Shown: positions 24,119 through 32,694, numbered from the stretch's first letter. The stretch is DNA of 64,000 nt from an uncultured Gammaproteobacteria bacterium (GCA_964537895.1 CAZIDK010000001.1:51229-115228), one strand, 5' to 3'. Numbers and translations: made by a program. The notes: generated from the sequence alone by a model not told the origin.

Positions 24119-24781
24119 TTATAGTTGTTCCGTTAAGAATCTTTGCACTCCTTCAAGCATAGATTTGACATCCTCTGTCTTGTATTCACTAAATTTACCA
24201 TGGTCAGCACTGTCTCTTATTGCTTTCCAGGCTTGGATTTGTTTCTGAAGCAATCGATTGTAAATTTCTTTGTCTGCTAACTTTGCATTAAGCGATCCAA
24301 TATCATCGCCTGATTTGACATCTATTGTGTGTTTTTGTGCAATTTGTCTTAAACCGTTTTCTAAAACAGCACCTACAAGAGAAGCAGCGGAGTCTTTATA
24401 ATTATTGTCCAAAAGATGTTTGGCCATCTGGATAAAATCAGTAAAAATCTCTGCGCTTACTAAATCCCTAACTTTCGTTAAATATCCAAGTTCCAGATCT
24501 TCCTTCAGCGCTTTAAGAATGCCTACACCGTGATCAACATCTCCCGGGAAGGCTGACTTAACTTCCTCAACAAAATTTTTATAATAAGGGCTGTTTTCTC
24601 CGCAAACCAACAGGATGAAGTTTTGTGCATTATTTTTCCACTCGTGAAACGAAGCAGTATTAACTCTGTCAGGAGCCACAGCATAAGCCGAACTGTTGCT
24701 ATAACGCGTAGAAGCAACGCTTTGTGCTTTTGTCAGAAGCTGTGTAGCGCGTTCAATAAGTTTTTCTGTTGTTGAGTTCAT
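24119..24781 (-). CDS. HEPN-like protein (Rx4H motif near the C-terminus)
   Basis: All-helical 220-aa protein with AIRDSADHGKF (R-x4-H), the HEPN RNase signature. Sits 20 nt downstream of the DUF1508 gene and has its own GAGGA Shine-Dalgarno. Confidence 0.4.
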   Translation of the reverse strand: MNSTTEKLIERATQLLTKAQSVASTRYSNSSAYAVAPDRVNTASFHEWKNNAQNFILLVCGENSPYYKNFVEEVKSAFPGDVDHGVGILKALKEDLELGYLTKVRDLVSAEIFTDFIQMAKHLLDNNYKDSAASLVGAVLENGLRQIAQKHTIDVKSGDDIGSLNAKLADKEIYNRLLQKQIQAWKAIRDSADHGKFSEYKTEDVKSMLEGVQRFLTEQL

Positions 24782-24801
24782 ATTTTAATTTCCTCTAAAA
24801 A

Positions 24802-25005
24802 TTATGTTTCTACAGGATAAGTTCTGTAAATATTTGCAGCCGCTGCATTAGCTATGACTAGATTCGCTGCATGAACTGCATCAGCCTCGTTTTCATAGGA
24901 TTCACTCCAGCAGATATCGTTTCCATTGGATGAAACAAATACAAAATAAATTTGCCCATCCCTATTCTTTCTTAGTTCAAATTTAAATTCTCCCATTTTT
25001 ACCAC
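24802..25005 (-). CDS. DUF1508 (YegP-like) single-domain protein
   Basis: FELRKNRDGQIYFVFVSSNGNDICWSESYENEADAVHAANLV matches the YegP/UPF0339 repeat unit. Confidence 0.55.
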   Translation of the reverse strand: MVKMGEFKFELRKNRDGQIYFVFVSSNGNDICWSESYENEADAVHAANLVIANAAAANIYRTYPVET

Positions 25006-25020
25006 CTGCCTTTTTCCCTG

Positions 25021-25058
25021 TTGACAAATAAAATTTGTTGTAATATTATTACAACACT
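25021..25058 (+). promoter_or_regulatory. XRE gene promoter (TTGACA-N17-TATTAT) overlapped by a 10/11-bp inverted repeat operator
   Basis: TTGACA at 25021-25026 and TATTAT at 25044-25049, with the ATG 9 nt later. Inverted-repeat arms TTGTTGTAATA (25035-25045) and TATTACAACAC (25047-25057) span the -10 box, which suggests autoregulation. Confidence 0.5.
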
Positions 25059-25457
25059 ATGAATAAAAGTCAAGTACCATTTAATCAAACCTTCGGAGAA
25101 TTTTTCAGACAAAAAAGAATTTCCTTAGACTTTACATTAAGATCTTTTTGCGAAAGGTATAATTATGACCCTGGTAATATCAGTAGACTTGAAAGAGACA
25201 TTCTCTCCCCAAGTGTAGATCAGCAAAAACTTGAGGGATATGCTGCAGCTTTGAAAATACCACGTGATAGCGAGGAGTGGACAATGTTTTTTGATTTAGC
25301 TCATACTGCAAAAGGTAAAATTCCCGAAGATATTCTAAGTGACCCAAAAGTTCTTTCAATTCTACCAGCTTTCTATAGAACAGCTAGGGGAGAAAAATTG
25401 GATAAAAAGAAAATAGACCAGTTAATTAAACTTCTTAATGAGAATAATAAAAAATAA
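25059..25457 (+). CDS. XRE-family helix-turn-helix transcriptional regulator
   Basis: HTH region with LRSFCERYNYDPGNISRLERD; 132 aa; TAATG stop/start overlap with the next gene. Confidence 0.65.
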   Translation: MNKSQVPFNQTFGEFFRQKRISLDFTLRSFCERYNYDPGNISRLERDILSPSVDQQKLEGYAAALKIPRDSEEWTMFFDLAHTAKGKIPEDILSDPKVLSILPAFYRTARGEKLDKKKIDQLIKLLNENNKK

Positions 25458-26044
25458 TGAAAGAACCAAGCTTGACCTATCAAGACGTAGCTAATGCTGC
25501 AAATAACTTTTTAAAAACTTACCATTCTTCTCTTAAATTACCAATTCCCATAGAAGAAATAGTTGAGCTTAAAATGAATATTGCTATAGTTGCAGTACCG
25601 GGAATTAAGAAGCTCTTGGGGATAGATGCATTTATAAGTTCTGATTTTACTCAGATTACTGTGGATGAAAACTCCCTACTTAAATTTACTAAAAGAACTA
25701 GATTTTCCATAGCACATGAAATAGGTCATTTGATATTGCATAAAGATTGGTACGAGAAATATGGTCCTAAAGACTTTGAAGATTATTTGACGTTTTACGA
25801 TCGCATAGATAATAAAGTATATAAATATATGGAGATTCAAGCTCATACATTTGCTGGATTGGTTTTAGTTCCATCCAGTCTATTATTCAATGAGCTTAAA
25901 ATCAGAATTGGTAAAATCCCACATCTAGAAATACCTGAGATTCTTATTCCAGTAGCTCAGGATTTATTAGAGATATTTGAAGTATCAGGAGAAGTAATGT
26001 TTAGACGATTGCAAAAAGAAAAAATAATAAAATCCAATTCTTAA
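25457..26044 (+). CDS. ImmA/IrrE family metallo-endopeptidase (COG2856)
   Basis: Contains HEIGHLILH (HExxH). Translationally coupled to the XRE gene, the classic XRE-ImmA arrangement. Confidence 0.7.
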   Translation: MKEPSLTYQDVANAANNFLKTYHSSLKLPIPIEEIVELKMNIAIVAVPGIKKLLGIDAFISSDFTQITVDENSLLKFTKRTRFSIAHEIGHLILHKDWYEKYGPKDFEDYLTFYDRIDNKVYKYMEIQAHTFAGLVLVPSSLLFNELKIRIGKIPHLEIPEILIPVAQDLLEIFEVSGEVMFRRLQKEKIIKSNS

Positions 26045-26185
26045 GAATTTTCTACAATTTTTATTTCTTCGGGGGTTAGTCCGTAAAGTTTGTAAACTTC
26101 TTCATCGATTTTTTTATCTATCTTTTCAATTTCAGCTTTTATCGAATTCCATTGATTAGAATTTTCTGAAGTAGCCAATATTTTT
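26041..26185 (-). pseudogene. Remnant 3' end of a DNA methyltransferase-like gene (ends ...IDEEVYKLYGLTPEEIKIVENS*)
   Basis: The minus-strand frame reads SENSNQWNSIKAEIEKIDKKIDEEVYKLYGLTPEEIKIVENS*, a TaqI_C-like C-terminal tail. Only about 45 codons, preceded by a stop. Shares ttctacaatttttatttcttc with 23968-23988. Confidence 0.45.
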
Positions 26186-26220
26186 TTTATTTAAAATCAA
26201 AATTTGATTATTTAAATCCA

Positions 26221-26940
26221 TTAAATACTATTGCTGATAATACCACTTTCTTTAAAACTAAAATATTCATCTGAAGTAACTATCAGATGATCAATTATTG
26301 AAATACCTACTAATTTACCTGCTTCTACAAGTCTATTTGTTGTAGATATATCTTCCTCTGATGGTTTGGAATCTCCTGATGGATGATTGTGAGAAATAAT
26401 AATTTGTGCGATATTTTCTTTTATGGCCTTTTTAAAAACTTCTCTGGGATGCACTAAGCTTGCATTTAAGGTACCAATGCTAATTTCTTCGTTTATTAAT
26501 TTATTTCGTGTATCAAAATACAAAATTGTAAAATGTTCTTCTTTTTTACTTCCTATTTTTGTTTGAAGATAGTCAGCAACTAATTTAGAAGAATTTAATA
26601 AAATTTTAGATGATATTTTTTCTTTGGAATATCGCTCAGAAATCGCTTTAAATAAAATTAACCCCAAAGCATTTGAACGACCAATTCCCTTAATTGCAAT
26701 TAATTCTATTATATCTGCATCCAATACTCCTTTGAGATTTTTGAACTTTTTAATAGCCTCTTTGGCTATTTGTTTGCAATCTTTACGCGGAGTACCCAAT
26801 GTCAACAATAATTCAACTATCTCGTAATCCAAAAATCCATTTAAACCAGAATCAATAAATTTTTCTCGGAGTCTTTTTCTATGCCCTTCGGAGTGATTTA
26901 TTTTTTTAATATTTGAATCAGAAATGCTTTTATTTTTCAT
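26221..26940 (-). CDS. RadC-like JAB/JAMM domain protein
   Basis: C-terminal HNHPSGDSKPSEEDISTTNRL matches the RadC JAMM metal-binding motif (HxHP...SxxD). N-terminal RPRERL-like GHRKRLREKF. Start placed at the ATG at 26940, overlapping the upstream gene stop by about 11 nt. Confidence 0.75.
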   Translation of the reverse strand: MKNKSISDSNIKKINHSEGHRKRLREKFIDSGLNGFLDYEIVELLLTLGTPRKDCKQIAKEAIKKFKNLKGVLDADIIELIAIKGIGRSNALGLILFKAISERYSKEKISSKILLNSSKLVADYLQTKIGSKKEEHFTILYFDTRNKLINEEISIGTLNASLVHPREVFKKAIKENIAQIIISHNHPSGDSKPSEEDISTTNRLVEAGKLVGISIIDHLIVTSDEYFSFKESGIISNSI

Positions 26941-28855
26941 TAGTCTCTTTATCGATATTAAATGAAGCTCCATTGGAATCATTATCGTATAAAGTAGAAC
27001 TTATTCTTTGATTACTTAAATGTTTTTCAAAATAACCTTGAGTTTCTGGATCAACTGAGTAAATATAACAACCTTTCATTCCTCTAGTCATGAGTGTTCG
27101 ATATGTGTTTTTAATAATCATATCTGCCATTCTTTTTGACTCTTCTGGATTTTCTTTAAGCCTTTTCTTTATTCCCTTGAATGACTGATCAGAAGATGCT
27201 CGTTTTGTTGCATCAGTAATAATCTTGCCATTTCGAACAACCATATCTGGACCAATTATTACTCCTACATAGTCCAACTCCAGCCCTTGAGAAGTATGTA
27301 TGCAGCCCACCTCACTTACAGAATCAGGATGAATTAACCACGATTGACCATGTAAATATAAATTCCAAGTCGCCTTATAATCATCAATCACGATATCCTT
27401 TAATTTAGCATTTTTCTTGCTTATCCATTTCCAACAATAACCTGCTAACAATCTTGATTTATTATTTTCTTGATTTAGGTCAATTATTTTTTTATGAAGA
27501 ATCGAAGGATTATCCATAACTTTAAAATCATAATTAATATCTTCTAATGATTCATTTGCTGTTTCTCTTATCTGTAATAAATTATCAATCCAGGCTAAGT
27601 AACCATCTGATCCATTACATCTAAACTGCGAAGCTAACTCTAGAGATGTGACTTTTGCTCCCAAGCTTTCTGCCCATTTTATAATTTCTGACTTTTTACC
27701 TATATCTTTCAATGTAACTCTTTGGTTCTCATCGATAAAAAAAACACAAAGCTTGGACACATTTATTAACTCTTTTATTTGATTTTCTCCTAAATGACTA
27801 AACAGTCCTGACTTGGCATTAAGTCTATGCGCCTCATCAACAATAAGTGAATCAAAAGTATTAGCTTCAATATCATAAAATGAACCAGACGAGCTAAATA
27901 AATTTGAGATACGAGTTTTTGTAAATTTACCACTGAGTTTCACTTGGTATACTTCACGAGGTGCTGAATTTTTTGTGACGTATTGCGTAACATTCCCTCT
28001 TTTCGTAAGCTCTGTTAATAAGTTTATTGCAACAATTGATTTACCAGTACCAGGACCTCCTTCGACTATCAGCACATTTTTATTACGCTCAGATGATTCT
28101 TCTGCTAGTTTAAGCGCAGTTTCATATACGATTTTTTGATCATCGATTAGTATGAATTCCTTGTTACCCTCAAGCATTGAAGCAAGACTATCAACTAATG
28201 CCTTTGATGGCCTAATTTTTCCATTTTCAATACTATACAAGATATTTGTTTTATCACCATATTTTACAAATCTTTTTATAAATTCTTGTAATTTTAAGGC
28301 ATCGGTTTTTAGAAAAGCAGGGGCCTTGTCTGTGTATTCCTTATAAAAAACATTGGTAATAATATCGTCTGCCTCGTAATTATGAAGATATGCGCAGGGA
28401 ACTAGAGATATGTTATCTGTTTGAACAGCACTATTAAAATCTTCTAATAATGTTGCATACGACCAGACTTGATATGATGGGTGGGGAACTTCTCCATAAA
28501 AATTTGTATTAAGAACCCCATCTTTTTCAGTCAAACTAACACCTTCACTCCATTGTTTCAACTCGACAATTACGGCTACTTTTCTGTTCTCATTATTTGT
28601 ACCGGTAATTATAAAATCTATACGTTTAGACGTTTGAGGAATTTTATATTCAATTGCAATACCAGCATCATCAGGAATACTCGAATCGTTAATAACATTA
28701 CTCATATAAGGCATGGACTTACGCCATGAGTTAATCTCGCTTTTACCTGTGGCGTGTCCCATCTCGCGTACAAATGAAGTAAGAATTTGTTGTTCTACCT
28801 GTCCAGACAAAACATCACTTAAAAACCCCTTTTTATTAGATGAATAAACGATCAT
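26930..28855 (-). CDS. Fusion protein: N-terminal PD-(D/E)xK nuclease-like domain plus DUF2075-type SF1-helicase-like P-loop ATPase
   Basis: N-terminus RIDFIITG...VAVIVELKQW (D...ELK). Walker A VEGGPGTGKS and Walker B LIVDEAHRL. The C-terminal CIHTSQGLELDYVGVII resembles the helicase 2B motif. 641 aa. Confidence 0.65.
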   Translation of the reverse strand: MIVYSSNKKGFLSDVLSGQVEQQILTSFVREMGHATGKSEINSWRKSMPYMSNVINDSSIPDDAGIAIEYKIPQTSKRIDFIITGTNNENRKVAVIVELKQWSEGVSLTEKDGVLNTNFYGEVPHPSYQVWSYATLLEDFNSAVQTDNISLVPCAYLHNYEADDIITNVFYKEYTDKAPAFLKTDALKLQEFIKRFVKYGDKTNILYSIENGKIRPSKALVDSLASMLEGNKEFILIDDQKIVYETALKLAEESSERNKNVLIVEGGPGTGKSIVAINLLTELTKRGNVTQYVTKNSAPREVYQVKLSGKFTKTRISNLFSSSGSFYDIEANTFDSLIVDEAHRLNAKSGLFSHLGENQIKELINVSKLCVFFIDENQRVTLKDIGKKSEIIKWAESLGAKVTSLELASQFRCNGSDGYLAWIDNLLQIRETANESLEDINYDFKVMDNPSILHKKIIDLNQENNKSRLLAGYCWKWISKKNAKLKDIVIDDYKATWNLYLHGQSWLIHPDSVSEVGCIHTSQGLELDYVGVIIGPDMVVRNGKIITDATKRASSDQSFKGIKKRLKENPEESKRMADMIIKNTYRTLMTRGMKGCYIYSVDPETQGYFEKHLSNQRISSTLYDNDSNGASFNIDKETNEK

Positions 28856-28857
28856 AA

Positions 28858-29205
28858 TTATAATTTGTTATATTTAGTGTGCTTTCCTTTTGCTTTTTTA
28901 ACAGGGTATTTCTTCTTATTTTCCTTCATTTTTTTATCGAAAGCTTTTAGTAAGTCTATGTTTAAATCGTGGCTCATTAACAAAGTCCAATACAAGACAT
29001 CGGAAAGTTCATCAGCAATTTCATTCTTATGTTTTTTAACATATTCATCCATTTCTTCTTTACTTTGCCAAAGAAAATGCTGTAAAACTTCAGAAGCCTC
29101 TAGGGAAAGCGCAATAGAAGAATCTTTTGGATTATGAAACTGCTTCCAATCTCTTGCGTTGCGATATTTAATTATAATATCTATTAAATTTTTGATATCC
29201 GACAT
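28858..29205 (-). CDS. MazG-like all-alpha nucleotide pyrophosphohydrolase
   Basis: RNARDWKQFHNPKD...ALSLEASEVLQHF...EIADELSDVLYW matches the MazG/YpjD NTP-PPase helix pattern. 115 aa; 2-nt gap to the downstream gene. A TAAAAT -10 lies 6 nt upstream of the ATG. Confidence 0.6.
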   Translation of the reverse strand: MSDIKNLIDIIIKYRNARDWKQFHNPKDSSIALSLEASEVLQHFLWQSKEEMDEYVKKHKNEIADELSDVLYWTLLMSHDLNIDLLKAFDKKMKENKKKYPVKKAKGKHTKYNKL

Positions 29206-29366
29206 GCTTGGATTTTAACACTTTTGATAATTTTTAGAAAGGATGGGCAATTGGTCTCCATCTTTACTTCCAGATAGACGTTTTTGGAATACCCGTAAAC
29301 CCTAGAACATTTTTAGGAGAAACAAACTCGAATTAGACTCAGGAGATCTTGATCTTAAATTGAGAG

Positions 29367-30722
29367 CTAATCGTTTTCAGGAAGCATTATTGATCCCGCA
29401 TAAGTCAGCGATTTAATTTTCCCGCTTTTATCAAATATATAGCGAACTAATTCTCCTTCCGAATAAAATCCGTTTGTGGCACCTATTTTGAGAGTATTTC
29501 CATCAATGAATTTTAACTGCTCGATGCCTTCAAAGGGACTAAAGACATCCGGATACACGGAAACTAGATGATTTCCCATGGAAACCACATCCACTACGCC
29601 AAAAATATTCTTAAATAGCCCTCCAAACTTGTCTAAGTCTTCTTTGGAATCCAATGAATAATGTTTTTCAAAATAATCGAACACTGATAATATTCCTCTT
29701 GTAATGTATAAGGAATTACCGTCAATACAATTAGTCAGAACTGTAATAACCAGTTTGTTTTTAGGATCGCATATTGTAGTCGTGTTCTGCCCGGGAAAGC
29801 CGCCCGTGTGACCGAAAACTTCACGTTTACCCATGTTTGAGATTATAAATCCTAATCCGTATTTTTTCTCGATAGAGCCCTTTGGAATTTTTACAACACT
29901 TGATTGCATTATTTTTTTTGAATCATCAGTAAGGAGTTTTCCCGAACCTATTAGATGTGCTTCAAAATATTTGCATAAATCTTCCGAAGTTGAATAAAAA
30001 CCGGTTGCTGCGGACATTATTTTTGTGTCGATTTCTAAAGGAAAGGGCTTTCTTTTTTTACCGTCTTTTCTTGAGTATCCCGTTACGAGTTTTTCTTTTA
30101 CACCGGAAAAATATTCGGGCCCTGTATTTTGTAATCCCAGAGGTTTTATTATATTTTCAACAACATAATCATTGTAGGAACTCCCTGAAACTTTTTCTAT
30201 GATAAGCCCAAGCAAAGTAAATCCGAAATTTGAATATTTCATTTTTTTACCGCTTCTTAGAACCAGATCCGCTTTCAGAACTTCTTTTTTAAATTCATCA
30301 CTGTCGGGAAAGGATTTTGTAAGAAGCCAAAAATTTGAGTCAAGGCCGTCTCGGATTACCCCCGCGCTATGGGAAAGAAGTTGCTTTATTGTTATTTTTT
30401 GAATAAGTTTATCTTCGTGTTCCCTCAACCACGGCAAATACATAACAGCCGGATCGTCTAGCTTAATTTTCTTTTTCTCAACAAGCTGCATAATTGCAGT
30501 TGCGGTAAAGGTTTTTGAATGGGACGCAATGCGAAAAATATGGTTAGGCGTAAGCTTTTCTTTTTTTTCAATATTGGCATATCCGTATGATTTATTAAAC
30601 AGGATTTTGCCTTCATAAGAAACAGCTACGGTAAACCCCGACCAGTATTCGCTTACTCTATAACGGTAATCTAGCCAGGAACTGATAAATTTTATTGCTT
30701 TCAAAAGCTTTTTACTATTCAC
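29367..30722 (-). CDS. Beta-lactamase-family serine hydrolase (PBP/esterase-like) with a C-terminal extension
   Basis: FRIASHSKTFTATA contains the SxxK active-site motif. 451 aa. GTG start, preceded by TATAAT 7 nt upstream. Confidence 0.65.
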   Translation of the reverse strand: MNSKKLLKAIKFISSWLDYRYRVSEYWSGFTVAVSYEGKILFNKSYGYANIEKKEKLTPNHIFRIASHSKTFTATAIMQLVEKKKIKLDDPAVMYLPWLREHEDKLIQKITIKQLLSHSAGVIRDGLDSNFWLLTKSFPDSDEFKKEVLKADLVLRSGKKMKYSNFGFTLLGLIIEKVSGSSYNDYVVENIIKPLGLQNTGPEYFSGVKEKLVTGYSRKDGKKRKPFPLEIDTKIMSAATGFYSTSEDLCKYFEAHLIGSGKLLTDDSKKIMQSSVVKIPKGSIEKKYGLGFIISNMGKREVFGHTGGFPGQNTTTICDPKNKLVITVLTNCIDGNSLYITRGILSVFDYFEKHYSLDSKEDLDKFGGLFKNIFGVVDVVSMGNHLVSVYPDVFSPFEGIEQLKFIDGNTLKIGATNGFYSEGELVRYIFDKSGKIKSLTYAGSIMLPEND

Positions 30723-31002
30723 GAGATGGATTATAGCAGAATATAATTATTTAAAAAGTCTGTAGTAAAATTTAGCTTCCGCGTCGCAAATGATTTGATT
30801 TAGGACGTAAAATTGAGACTAACAGCATTACTCGAGATTATAAGATTAATTGAAATTTTATAAATATTTTTTGATGTTTTCAGGGAAAGGTCTGCAGGCA
30901 CAGTTTTTCGAATGCTCTTTATGCCACTTAACCCTATCAACAAGCTTAGGGTTCTTAATCATTCTGTTTTTCTTATGCCACCCTGCATTTATTTTCATAA
31001 TT

Positions 31003-32694
31003 TTACCAGCTTCCGCCGCCGCCTCCGCCTCCTCCACCGCCGGATGATCCTCCGCCACCTGCTCCGCTTGATGAAGATGGAGCTGCGGTTGTAAGGCTCC
31101 CACTGGTTGCCAAATAAAAAGCAGAATAACCTAAGTAAAAACTACCCCTATATCCAGAATACCAACTCGGATTATAATCCGGTTTTATAATTTTAAGCTG
31201 TTCCATAAATTTATCTATGTACCCTAATGCCATTGCATAAGGAATCATTTGTTCAACCGTATAGAATTTTTCCGCCTGCCATTTATAATTCCTGTCCATT
31301 GATTTTAAGAATAGTTTAAGCCCGTCTATTTTAAAATCCGCTTCATCCCCCAAAGCAGTCCTTCCATTAAGTTTTTTAGATAGGACAAACAAAACAATTG
31401 CTAAAATCATATTGCCTGTAAAAAAAGCGACAAATCCAAGAAAAATCAAACCTGCTTTTTGAGTTTTTGGATTTTTGGTGTAGTATTTTTTTTCTACCAA
31501 TATTCTAAAAACATCTTTTTCCATTTCGGAAAATGTTTTATAGAAATCTATTTTTAAATCCGATACATTTACGCTGTCGCCTGTTTCAAAAAGTCTGTCG
31601 TATAGTTCCTTTTCGTAAGAGTTTAAGTTTGCGTCTCCCGCCTGCAACGCTTGACGCGTAGCATCTGCGGGCAGGGCTTTTTTAAGCTTGATTATTGTTT
31701 GTGTTGTTGAATCGGGAAGAAGACTCTTTACAGTTTTAGTTTGTTCAAGTTTTATGTATTTTCTTATTGCCAAATCAAAAATAGTTGCCACAACGTCATC
31801 TTTTTCCAATTTTGCAGTATCTATTGTTCCCGCTAACGCCGGACGCAAAATATTGCCTTTCTCGTCTTTGGGAATATCAAAATTAACAGCCGGAGGACCA
31901 AACCTTTTTTTATTTTTATGTTTTTGGTACCAATAAATTAAATATCCTACCAAAACAAAATTCAAAAAAATAAAAATAAAATGATAATTATTAAAAATAG
32001 AGTCCATAAACGCTTGAGTAAAAGTTTGAGGAGGAGTTTTGGAAAGAAAACTTTTTGGAAAAGTATTTACCGGATAAACTGCAACTGCTGTTAATCCTTG
32101 ACCTACCTGTAAGTTATCTGCAGAAACGATATTTCCATTTATTTGACAATTTTTCTCTGTAGAGCCGAAACTTCCCGTAAAACAGATAAGATTATTTAAC
32201 TTTGCATTAAAATCGGTATCTATTTTAAAACTTACTTTTTCTATTGCTACCAACCAATCATTTCCCGTACCGTTCCAATAAATTTCATCATGATCTTGGT
32301 AATTACTTCCGATTCCGTTTCCAACCGTGTAATTTATTTTATAAATATGTGCTCCTGTTATTGTTTTATCCGCATTACCTATTTTTAAATAAACCTGCTC
32401 GTTATTCTTAGAAATTGTAAAATTTTCATTCAAGCCGTCTCTTTCTACTTTTATATCTTTAATGTTCAAGATGCGATATAAATCACCGACTTTTGAATAA
32501 ATAGGAATATATCTATAAATTCCGTGCTTTGCCAAATCTTCGAAATCATAATTAATTGTTTCCGTTACGTCCATTAATCCGCTTTTATGCGCGGTAATAT
32601 TTACGTCATATGAATGGATTACTTCCGCAAAAGAAATTTGAGGCTTAATAAGGAAAAATAAAAGAAAAAATAAAAAAATAAATAACTTCTTCAC
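31003..32694 (-). CDS. Membrane protein (DUF2207-like architecture) with a Gly-rich C-terminal tail
   Basis: Signal peptide, large N-terminal extracytoplasmic region, central TM helices, and a C-terminal ...SSSSGAGGGGSSGGGGGGGGGGSW encoded by a (GGN)n repeat at about 31020-31080. GTG start behind TATAAT. Confidence 0.5.
   Translation of the reverse strand: MKKLFIFLFFLLFFLIKPQISFAEVIHSYDVNITAHKSGLMDVTETINYDFEDLAKHGIYRYIPIYSKVGDLYRILNIKDIKVERDGLNENFTISKNNEQVYLKIGNADKTITGAHIYKINYTVGNGIGSNYQDHDEIYWNGTGNDWLVAIEKVSFKIDTDFNAKLNNLICFTGSFGSTEKNCQINGNIVSADNLQVGQGLTAVAVYPVNTFPKSFLSKTPPQTFTQAFMDSIFNNYHFIFIFLNFVLVGYLIYWYQKHKNKKRFGPPAVNFDIPKDEKGNILRPALAGTIDTAKLEKDDVVATIFDLAIRKYIKLEQTKTVKSLLPDSTTQTIIKLKKALPADATRQALQAGDANLNSYEKELYDRLFETGDSVNVSDLKIDFYKTFSEMEKDVFRILVEKKYYTKNPKTQKAGLIFLGFVAFFTGNMILAIVLFVLSKKLNGRTALGDEADFKIDGLKLFLKSMDRNYKWQAEKFYTVEQMIPYAMALGYIDKFMEQLKIIKPDYNPSWYSGYRGSFYLGYSAFYLATSGSLTTAAPSSSSGAGGGGSSGGGGGGGGGGSW

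Noticed and set aside
31020-31080. (GGN)n simple-sequence tract as a phase-variation switch
   Set aside because: The repeat is a triplet, so slippage would keep the reading frame and only change the poly-Gly tail length. There is no frameshift-based ON/OFF potential.
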